A DNA stretch of 64,000 nucleotides, taken from NCBI GenBank assembly GCA_965153285.1, contig OZ229112.1; one strand, 5' to 3'. The position numbers and the translations under genes are program-made. The notes under the pieces were generated by a model. That model saw only the letters and a list, made by a program, of their open reading frames with translations. It searched no databases and was not told the DNA's origin. Below, piece by piece: positions 13,920 through 23,519 of the stretch. Position 1 is the stretch's first letter. Each line of letters opens with the position of its first letter. Source of the DNA: Podarcis tiliguerta (taxonomy: Eukaryota).

Positions 13920-16090
13920 TTCGTGCCGGCGATGTGTTGTTTTTTTATTCGTATTATTCTTATTTCCAAACCAGAAAACAAAAACCCCAGAAATCCCTTA
14001 TTTATATGGCATCTCCACGCACGGGGGGCGGGAGGGGTGTTTGCGAGGAGCCTCCCCCATCTCTCCCTTTTCCCTTTTCGCATCTGAGAGAGAGAGAAGG
14101 AGAGAGAGAGAAGGAGAGACACAGAGAGAGAGAGAGAGCGAAGGAAGGAAGGAAGGGCGCGCGCACATACCTTCATCTCTTCATTGATTTCCCTTTTCAC
14201 GGGGTGAGCCGGTTTCCTGCTCCTTTTATTTTCCGGAGGTCTCCCTTCTTTCTCCATTTCTGCCATTTTTGTGTGTATCTACTTTGGCGGAGATGAAATG
14301 GCTGCTGGTATTATTTGGGTTGGTGGGGAGGGAGAGGGGGAAGGTTGTCGAGAGGGAGAGGGAGGGGAGGGAGGATGGTGGCCGGCGGCGGCGGCGGCGG
14401 GAACCAAGGAGGAGGGGGGCGGCGGCGGCTTTCAGCGCTGGGCGAAGGCGTCAGCGAGTGTCAAGAGGAGAAAGCGGCTCTCCGCTGGGCGGCTCGGGGA
14501 TGCGGGCGGGCGCGCTGGGCTGTGTGGGTCGCGCCGGCGAGTCAGCCATCTTCTGCCTCGCTCTTCGCCTGCATGAAGGGAGCGCGAGGAGAGGCTCGCT
14601 CGCTCGGCGTGCGTGTGCGGTGTGTGAATGCGAGAGGGAAGGAGGGGTGCGGGGAGAGAGGAAAGAGAAAGAAAGGAGCCCGGCCAGCTTCTTCTGAGGG
14701 AGATGGGGGGCGGGGGGGAGGCAAGCAAGCAAGCAGGACGGCCCCCCTGCCCAGGCAGCGGGCGGGGCTTCTACTGTCACCAAATCCTCCGCCTCTTCTT
14801 CTTCTTCTCCTGCTGCTGCTCAGGCTCAAATTCAAAAGGGGGGGGGGGGAGAGACTTCTTATGCTTCAGTTGTCATCCTCCTCCCCCGCGGGGACGGTCG
14901 TCCATGGCGGAAAACACACCAAGGCGCTCCGTCTCTGTTCTCTCCCGCTACCCCGCGTCAAACGCACAACGCTTCCCCACACGCACAGACAAGACAGACA
15001 GACACCGTCTTCGGTTACACGCTCTTGCCCACCACCACCGCCGCCGCAAACATTGTGACAAAACAAAGTGGCCGGGGCAGCAGCAGGGCTTCTGTAAAGA
15101 CGACGAGCGAATGGGTTTTTTAACGCCCTCAGTCCCCTCATAGAGAGATGCACAACACAACGCGTGTGTGCGTGCAACGCTGTGTCCTCCTCAGACCGTG
15201 TGTGTTTCAGGGGAAATAATTGGAAATGAGGGTTGCCTTCGGCTGGGGAGCGAGCCAATGGGTGGCAGCAGCAGGATTGTTTCTGTGGGAGCGGACTAAG
15301 AAATTGTGTGTTTGTGTGTGTGTGTGAAGGAGAGAGAGAGAGAAGTAGGGGCGCGCGCCCGCCAGCCAGCGGCCCCGGAGCAAGCGGCCAGGATGGATGG
15401 AGGATGCTGCGCGCGCGATACTGGCTTGGCCAGCTGCCCGGCTGCCCGCCCGCCTGCGTCTCTCTCTCTCTCTGCAGCGCGATTTCACCTTTAGGCAAGA
15501 CGGTGATGAAGAAGAAGAAATACACCCATCACCAATAAAATAAAATAAAAAGACGTCGCGCAGAGAAGCTGCCTGCCCACGCCACTCGGAGAGCAACGCA
15601 TCTGTCGTCGCCCTGAAAGCACTCCCGCTGGGGCGGAGTTTGACGTTTCCATGGGTGGGCGGCTGTTGGCGAGGGGCTGAGCCGCAGAAGCCGCGCTAGC
15701 ATCCGAGAAGCAGAGGCATTCGCGCAGAAGGAGAGGCTTTTGTTGTGCGTGGTTTTGGCGGGAGGAAGGCTTACGCACGCCCAGGCTGGGAACGGCCCTT
15801 CCAAAAAAGAGAAGAAAAAGGCACTAGTCCTCAGGAAAAGGGCTGTTTGTCCCAGAAGCAAGAGGAGGGCTGGGCTCACCCCCCCCCCCCGCGCCATTCC
15901 TTCCTAGGGCCATCAAGGCTTTGGCCCAGAGCCCCTTCCCTCCAGTGCCAACACAGTCAGGTCGAGAGCGTGTTCTTGAATGATAAGGCAGAGTGCCTTT
16001 GCCTGCCCCATCGCTCTCACCACAACCAGACCCCCCCCCCCGTCAGAAGCACGTGTCCGAAACCAGGGGTCACACCTATCCGTGCCTGAT
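13920..16090. promoter_or_regulatory. CpG island covering the SOBP promoter, 5' UTR and exon 1
   Basis: Sharp rise in GC and CpG density, with (GGC)n and GA tracts and a CCAAT box near 15255. Overlaps the SOBP start codon. Confidence 0.85.
14171..14266 (-). CDS. SOBP: SOBP (sine oculis-binding protein homolog), coding exon 1
   Basis: Translates to [32 protein letters not shown], the recognisable vertebrate SOBP N-terminus. It has a strong Kozak context (aaaATGG) and is followed by a phase-0 donor AAG|GTATGT at 14170. It lies head-to-head with PDSS2, as in human 6q21. Exon 2 was not found in the window. Confidence 0.95.
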
Positions 16091-17742
16091 AATAAATTGA
16101 TGATGAAGAAGAAGTAATAACTATCATAGACACGGTAAATGCCTCCTCTTTCTCTTCTGTGTGGACATTCCTTTGTCTCATAAACATCATTACCTCCTTC
16201 CCACCGCTAGCTTGAAAGCAGCCCCCAAATAATTCGGCTTTGCCCCCAATCGTTCTACAAAGGCAGGGCTAACTGGTCCCAGTCGTTAGTTTGGAAAGTA
16301 ACCTGGAAATTAAATGCCCACTCCATTAGCAGCGCCCCCTTCCCTCTTTCCCCTTCCTCACGTCGCACGTTTTGATCTTCTATAGATCTAGGTGACTCCC
16401 CCCCCCCCCCAGCAGACTCACTCTGTCATTTTAAAAGGCTTTGCTTACATCTATTTTGTTTCCGTCTTTATAAGCGTGGAGAGGAAGGTGGGGGGTGATG
16501 TGTGGTGCTGATGATAGGGTGAACTTGCAAAACGAAGCTCTGAATTATTGCACACAGTGAAGGGGGATACCTTGATTATTCCCGGTTCGTGCTTTCCTAC
16601 ACTTTGGCAGTTCATAATTACCTGATACAATACAATATGGGGGTGTCCATTGTTCCATTAGTCAAAATTGTAATTGTGAAGGAATTTGTCATTATGACTG
16701 CAGCTGAGCTTAAAATTATATCCCCTTTTTCTTAAATAAAAAAACTTCAAAAAAATTAAAGACAGAATGTGTTCAGTGTAGCTATGAAGAGGCTCTCTTT
16801 TAAAAAACAACAACAACCCCCTTTCGCCTGTCAAATCTAGCTAAGTTCGTTTTATACCTTACAATGTCTGATTTGCATTTCTGTTTAAGTTTAGACATGA
16901 GCTAAAAAAAGAAGGGTTTTTTTGCTGGATTCCTGACTAGAATGTGCCACATTTGACTCTGCTAAGACAGCAAGGTAGAAGTACTTCAGCAAAAATAGAG
17001 TTCTGAAAGACATTTATGGCAGAAGGCATCAAATCTCTTATTCCAGAGAATGTCACTGAAGTCCAGTGGAATTTGCTAGGATGTACTCTGAAAGTTGGAT
17101 GGGGAGAGCGGGATTCATCTGAGAACAGCCTTAAATCCCTGCTGGTCTGAAAAGCAAACAAGCGAGTTCCATAGACTGCAATGTAACTTGTTTCCAAATG
17201 TGCAGGGAGATTGCCAGTGACACTCAGTTAATCGTTGTATTCAGCTTTTAATCTGTAAAATGTTTTACAGCCATTTTAATAGTAGCAATGAGAAATTGTA
17301 TTTTAGAGCATTTCATATTGTCCACTATAATCCTTACTGCCTTCACCCCATAGAAAAATCCAGCAGTGATACAGGTCACTGTTATTATCTCTATAACAGA
17401 GTGGTGGGACAGTAGATTGTATGGGGCAACCACCTACTCAGTTCATGACAGAGGTGATATCTGTACTATGAGATTCCTGGTTCAAGTTTTTTGAACTGTG
17501 AGAACAGGATGCTGGATTAGATGGAGTTTTGGCCTGATCAAGCAGACTTTTCTTGTGTTCTTAGCCATTACATTGCAGGAGCTCTCAACAGCTTCATCTT
17601 TATTGCATTTTGACCCTAGTACAAATATGAGGCTGGGCAATAAATAGGGTATTGTCCAGGTCCACGTAATAAGCCTACAGTAGAAGTAGAACTTGCATTC
17701 AGGGTTCACAATCCTCACCCACCTGAACACTGGTTCATAGTA

Positions 17743-18356
17743 CCGTATTTTTCACCCCATAGGGCACACTGGCCCATAGGGTGCACCTAGTTTTTTGGGG
17801 GGAAATAAAGAAAAAAATTGTATTTCCCCCCCCAGGCACGGGGCTGGGGCGGGGGAAGCCCAAGCTTCCCCCGACCCCAGCCCCCAGAACAGGCTGCTAT
17901 CCGAAAGCCTTGCGGAGAGCCCAGTGGCGTAGCGTGGGGGGTGCAGGGGGGGCCGGCCGCACCGGGCGCAACATCTGGGGTTTAGGGTTAGGGGGCGCAA
18001 ATCCACGGGTTAGGGGGTCAAATTATTTGCCTTGCCCCGGGTGCTGACAACCCACGCTACGCCACTGGGAGAGCCACACGAAGCCCGAAGCCTGGGGGGT
18101 GCTGAGCTCAGCGCGCCCCAGGCTTCGGGGTGCAGGCAGCTCTCCGCAAGCCATGGGAGAGCTGTGTGAAGTCGCACAGCTCTCCCACGGCTTGCGGATA
18201 GCTTCCTGAAGCCTGGAGAGCGAGGGGGGTCAGTGCGCACCAACCCCTCTCACTCTCCAGGCTTCAGCGAAAGCCTGCATTCGCCCCATAGGACGCACAC
18301 ATTTCCCCTTCATTTTTGGAGGGGGGAAAGTGCGTCCTATAGGGCAAAAAATACGG
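17743..18356. mobile_element. Non-autonomous Tc1/mariner-superfamily (Tc2/pogo-like) DNA transposon
   Basis: TIRs CCGTATTTTTCACCCCATAGG ... CCTATAGGGCAAAAAATACGG, with TA on both sides (17741-17742 and 18357-18358). The interior is CpG-rich. Confidence 0.85.
17922..18067. mobile_element. hAT MITE nested in the Tc2-like element, carrying TTAGGG motifs
   Basis: Perfect 17-bp TIRs CAGTGGCGTAGCGTGGG / CCCACGCTACGCCACTG and a perfect 8-bp TSD GGAGAGCC (17914-17921 and 18068-18075). Confidence 0.92.
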
Positions 18357-20465
18357 TAATTTACAGTGCAATCCTATATGTGTCTTATTAGAAGCCCTGT
18401 TGAGTTCTATAGAGCTTACTCTTAGGTAAGTGTGTACTATACTATAGGCCTGCAACCTTACTTGGAAAACACAGCCTTAGTGTAATCAAGCAGTTGTCTA
18501 GTATTTTTACACCATTCATCAGCCAGAAAGACTAGAGAGAGAGAGAGAGAGAGAGGGGCTGTCCCTATCCTCAGTTTACATTCTAAAATAAACCGCATGA
18601 AAGGAAAAGAGAATAATGGGAAGGGGAAAGGAAAGCAAAGTGGGGTATAGGTAAATAATATAATAACAATACAAAGTAAGGCAAAGTAAGACACCAATTC
18701 TTAAAGTGGCAAACGTCTCATAACAGCTGGAATGGAAACGGTTCAGGGAGAGACGTTGAAAGCAGCTGGTCTCTCAGCAGAACCAATGGTGTGGGCTTCG
18801 CTTCACTTTCTTCTCACAGGAGGAAAACAATTACAACTATAGCAAAAAGCGCTGGGCTTTGAATTACGGTATGTAAGCTCTCCCTCACCAAAGAAGCTTT
18901 GAAACAATAGTACCTAGTAGCAAGCAAATTTATTTGAATATGTGTGATTTTGATTCAAATCAAACTTATGTCCAAGTGAGTTGCTTGAAATCTGAGCCTA
19001 GAATTGTACTCCAACCCTATTAAAAATATGTGGGAATTTTGCAATTGGCTTTAATGTGTTGTCAATTTTATGCTGAATCAAACAGTAAACACTATGTTTT
19101 TGCAATAACTTTTTGCTTCATCAACAAGCCAATTACACAAATTAGAATCCATAAACCTTCCTCTTAGAATTGTAGCTGTCCATACATGAAACACAAGTGT
19201 GGGTGGGCTTATGCTCTAAAAATAAATCATAAAAGAGACATTTGGAATGTATTTGTAACATTTTGGAAATTAAACATGTCTAGTCGAGTGTAGAGTGTGG
19301 ATCTGTGGCAGAATTCTTACAGCCTTCTCCATAGTGAGGAGAGTGTATGTGAATAGCAGGTGTTTAGGACTACATAGCCTTAAAATCAAGTGTTCCAGCT
19401 TAACAGGTTTCTGACTCAGTTGGCTTTTATTTTGGGTAGAAGGGGAGAACAGTAATTTCACTCTTGTGCCAAACCCCACAAAAAATGATAATGAATCACT
19501 GAGGGGGTTTTTAATACATGCAAGCATGTCACTCTGCCTGTGGGTTTTTAATATACTGTGCTAGACAGAAAAAAAGATGTGCGTGGCTATAAACCTATCT
19601 CAGTTTATATTTCAATAGGTTCAGCTTTAACCCTCTCATGCTAAATTGTCAAGAAACTCCTGGTTTTCCTTTCCAAGCATTTCTTAAATGTACAGAGCCT
19701 CTCTCTTGGTTTGGAGGTCACAAACTTGTTTTCTTACTTTCAGCTCCTTTTCAAAGCCTGGCTCTTTTGAATTTCCCACTGATTTTAACGGTTTTGCAAC
19801 CTCCCCAGGAACTGTCCTTGGAACCTCCATTACAGTGAGGCCCACTTCATATGAAACAAGCACCACAATGCATGATGGCTTCTTGAAATAATGTACCTTT
19901 GCATAGCGGCTGTTCCACATGGTGAACTGTTCCAGTGCAATGGCCTGCCATAGGGACTCTTCTGTTAGGTTGTTTTCTTCATACCAACAGAAACAAGCAA
20001 CAGGATGTTTTCTGTGGCAGCAAGGAGACAAACCACATGGTGGCAGCTTGTCCATAGGATAAGCCAATACACACAAACAGCTCCTTTCTTTTGTTCCTCA
20101 TTTAACTCTTTAACTCAGTGACAAGCATAGTCTCTCTCTTTGCATAAGGCCAATCCTTGCACAGTGAACTGAAAGTGAAATGGGACCACCCAAAAATAAA
20201 GTATAAACTCGGGGGATGCCCTCTGTACAAAAAAATACCTAAGTTTGTGGATTAAAAGGAGGGGGGACACACAGCAAAGTGCCTGGAATTATGCACTTGT
20301 CAGTTGATGCTATGGTGGTCCCAAGAAACCTGACGTCAGGTAGGCTATGTTAATCTATAACAGAGATCGGGAGAAGAAGGAATTGGCCTGCTTGAAGACC
20401 TAACATGTTAGAGTAATTATATTGGAAGGGGACAAATAGAGTTGAGATGTTGCTTATGTGTGTAT

Positions 20466-20770
20466 CAGTGGTGGGAAACCTCAGGCCTAGGGGCCAAATG
20501 TGACCTTCCAGGCCTATCTAGCCCTCAGAGCTCTCTTCCCAGGCCACACTTCTCACTTGTCTTGCTTTGTATCTCAAGTGTTTTTGGCTGGCTGGAATGT
20601 GTCCTTGAACTCTGATAATGCCTTTTGCTTGCCTGGATTGAGGACAGAGAAGGGCAGTGATGGACTTTTGGGTCTCAAATTTCAGTGGCACCCTAACGGA
20701 CAAGAAGGCGGTTTCTGTAGAGGGAAATCAGGGGCAGATGGGGCCCATCAACCTGAGAAGGTGGCCAATG
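20466..20770 (+). mobile_element. hAT/Charlie-like MITE
   Basis: Starts CAGTGGTGGGAAACCTCAGGCC...GGGCCAAATG, a Charlie-type terminus. A related copy lies at about 2330-2670. Confidence 0.55.
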
Positions 20771-20774
20771 TAGG

Positions 20775-21190
20775 AGAATGAAAACTCTGATCCTAAACCT
20801 CCACTGCCTTGCGGCTATACTTATTTGTGAGAAAGGCTTTGGGAGGAAATCCTGAGGAAAAATCTGACCCCACTGCCTTGTGGAACATCTTCAGGAGAAG
20901 AAAAAGATAAAGAGTAAACCCTACACAAATCCAGAGTGGAGATTGGATGGCATCTTATGCCTCCTTCCAGCAACTCCTATAGCCAAACTGGTGCCCAAAG
21001 TATGGTTCTACTTTCCTTTGGACCACATCAGGGAGGCTGAGAGGGGGGCTCTTGTCATCTGGGCAGTCTGGGCCCTCCATACACACTGCCCAGGCTTGCG
21101 CCCTGGAGAGGTCACACTGGTGCTGCTAATGCAGCAAAATTGTGATTTTGCATTTCATTGTTCTCTCAAGACAGACAGATGCGAACAACA
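20775..21190 (+). mobile_element. Probable RTE-clade LINE 5' region fragment
   Basis: GAAAACTCTGATCCTAAACCTCCACTGCCTTGCGGCTATAC...GAAAGGCTT...GAGTAAACCC resembles RTE 5' UTR sequence as I recall it. Not verified by search. Confidence 0.4.
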
Positions 21191-21272
21191 AATGTTTCAA
21201 CCCCACCTAGAAATGTATGACTAGTGTATGTATGTATATTCCAGCCTGTTCTTTAATAATAATAATCATGAT

Positions 21273-21536
21273 CAGGGCTTTTTTTTTCTAGAAAAAGAGG
21301 TGCAGGAGGAGCACCCACCCAAGGTGCTACCCACAGACTCCAATGTGCAACACAGAATGCCGTGCCACCTGCAGCCTCTGTTGCATAGCCCTGAGTGATG
21401 TGTCCCTGTGCCAAAACGCTACAGAGGTGCCGGAACTCACCAAAGAGGTTCCAGAACTCATCAAAGAGGTTCCAGAACTCACCAAAGAGGTACCAGAACG
21501 CAGTTCAGGTGAGTTCCAGCTGGGAAAAAACTCTTG
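21273..21536. mobile_element. hAT-like MITE with an internal 21-bp tandem repeat
   Basis: Termini CAGGGCTTTTTT ... AAAAAACTCTTG, with about 4 copies of AAAGAGGTTCCAGAACTCACC at 21421-21500. Confidence 0.6.
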
Positions 21537-21539
21537 GTT

Positions 21540-21676
21540 TAATTATTTATACCCCTTTCTGGGTTTCCCCAGCCACTTTGGGTGGCTTACAGCATATCTA
21601 AAAACATAATTAAAAACATCAAATGTTAAAAACCTCCCAATACAGGGCTGCCTTCTAATGTCTTCTAAAAGTTGTG
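21540..21676 (-). mobile_element. L2-type LINE 3' tail fragment
   Basis: Inverted copy of 23373-23510 (cagggctgccttc / gaaggcagccctg; ctgggtttccccagccact). Confidence 0.6.
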
Positions 21677-21709
21677 TAAAACAAAATTAAATAACAAAAC
21701 ACCTGAGTT

Positions 21710-23372
21710 ATTGCCCTGAAGTAGCATTGGAACATGGTTTCTACTGAAGTTTTATCTAACTTGGAAGTTAGCATTTTGGGCTGTTTTCCTGGAATAAGCC
21801 TTTGTTGTAAATAAAAATATGCCCTTTTCCCTTATGGGGTATCCAAGAGCCCATATAGAGTCCTTACATAGGTTCCCTATTGGTAGGAGAAAATAACAGA
21901 GGCCAACCAGAGAATATTGAGAAGCAAAGCAGCTAGTAAGCTTGATCTTTATTGATCTGTTGCAACAGGGTACTCCCCTCACACGCAGGAGAGGAAGAGG
22001 ACCCCCCAGAATTGCTGTGCCAGAGCTTATAAAGACTTTTGAAAATCCCATTCTGTAGATCAAGACCACCCCCAGAAACATGCATACATTACAGAAGGGG
22101 TGTAATCTAAGACCACTCCCCAGATCCCACCTACATCACAAATTTAAATGTTGTTTTTCTCCTTGTCACAGTTTATCTCCTGTCTAGCAAGTTACTTGAT
22201 TGGATTGCCTGGGGTGCGTGGCAATTCTTTTGTAGTGTTAAAATACTTATTTCCTGGGCCAGGTCACAGGTTCACACCTTATTCAAACAGACATATCTTG
22301 TGAGGAAAGAAGACAATGGGGAGGCTTTAAGACATATCTTGTGAGGAAAGATTTGGTCAGTTTAGGAATCAAAATGGTTCCAGGTTGGTCTTCCTGTGTT
22401 GATCTGTGTATGTGCAGTTATGAACATTACCATATATCTAATACCATAAAATTCCTATCACACCTTTTAGCCTAGACCAGGCTCCTGAATCTGGTTTCTG
22501 CCACTGTTTGTGGCTTACTGCATCATTCCCATCTGGTCCAGTTAGATTTTTTTCTTTCAGTCATTTGGATAGCTCAGACATTTTTGTTCCACGTAATTTT
22601 TTAAAATAAAAAAATCTATTATTGCACAGAATGGTGATTGTAATGTGGTTTTTGTGTGGGTTTTGTGGCATATTCCATCATGCTTACTAAGTCCAATAGG
22701 ACTAGTGAATTTAGTTTGTTTGGATAGGTTAGAAATTGATGTTCTGGGCCATTTTTTATGATACTATTCCTTTCATGAAATTGGTATTGGAGTATGGTTT
22801 CTGTGAAAGATTTGTTGCGGCACCATTTCCGTATTGCCCATTGTGAGTTATGCAAATCATTTGTTCAGGAGTTCATGTTATGGGCTGTTGTTTAATGATA
22901 TTTATTGCCTGGAATGGGTTCCAGAATGTGGATTCTGTGGATATTTTGTGCCTTATGGCATGGATCCCATCTACTCATGTATGACGGGTGAATTTGGTTC
23001 AGAAGTTGGTGTTCTGGGTCACTTTTCCAAATTACTGTATATGGTCTGGATCAAGTATCGGAACAGGTTTTCTGTGAACTTTTGTGGCTAGACTGCATCA
23101 ATCCCATCTGTTTCATGCGACTGGTAAATCTGATTTGTTTGGCAAGCTCAGAACGGCCTCGAATAGGTACGCGGATGTGGTTTCTGGGCACATTGTGTCA
23201 CTACCATCTAGTCACATGACTAACTTTTTTTTTTACTTACTAGATGGAATTTTGGGTCATTTTTCCTGTATAACATTCATGGCCCTGAGTGGGTATCTGA
23301 TTGTGGTTCCTGCGAATCTAGTCACGTGTGATTTGGTTAGGTTAGCTCTGGTGTCTCTCTGGCTGCAGCGCT
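21710..23372. repeat. Degenerate tandem array with a ~110-155 bp unit and about 8 units, interrupted by the solo LTR
   Basis: The motif TGGTTTCTG..(T)TTTGTGGC recurs near 21735, 22492, 22646, 22795, 22929, 23066, 23178 and 23304. A second motif, (G/T)TT(C/T)TGGG(C/T)CA/TGTTTT, recurs near 21774, 22741, 22877, 23011 and 23250, in the same order. Confidence 0.7.
21803..22462 (-). mobile_element. Solo LTR of an ERV1-like or Gypsy retroelement, 660 bp
   Basis: TG...CA termini and a 4-bp TSD CCTT (21799-21802 and 22463-22466). On the minus strand, TATAA near 22030 is followed by AATAAA at 21953-21948. U3-like direct repeats: GACATATCTTGTGAGGAAAGA x2 and AAGACCAC(C/T)CCCCAGA x2. Confidence 0.85.
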
Positions 23373-23510
23373 GAAGGCAGCCCTGTTTAGGGAAGCTTTT
23401 AATGTTTAATAGACTATTGTATTTTAATATTCTGTTGGAAGCCGCCAGAGTGGCTGGAGAAACCCAGCCAGATGGGCGGGGTATAAATAATAAATTATTA
23501 CTATTATTAT
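23373..23510 (+). mobile_element. L2-type LINE 3' tail fragment
   Basis: GAAGCCGCCAGAGTGGCTGG...AACCCAGCCAGATGGGCGGGGTATAAATAATAAATTATTA..., a typical squamate L2 tail. Confidence 0.65.
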
Positions 23511-23519
23511 GATGGCTTG

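Noticed and set aside
13832-14170. Continuation of the 144-aa SOBP ORF past MK
   Set aside because: This is read-through into intron 1 after a canonical GTATGT donor, and the sequence is low-complexity.
1-14170. SOBP exon 2 (expected NFAENTMNELLGWYGYDK...)
   Set aside because: No matching sequence was seen by eye. It probably lies left of the window.
14269-16089. Many long overlapping ORFs (up to 247 aa) on both strands
   Set aside because: They come from stop-poor GC-rich, low-complexity CpG-island sequence and show no recognisable domain.
21421-21500. 21-bp direct repeats (EVPELTK x4 in the ORF track) as a CRISPR array or repeat protein
   Set aside because: The repeats are contiguous with no spacers and lie inside a hAT-like MITE. 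The context is eukaryotic, with no cas genes.
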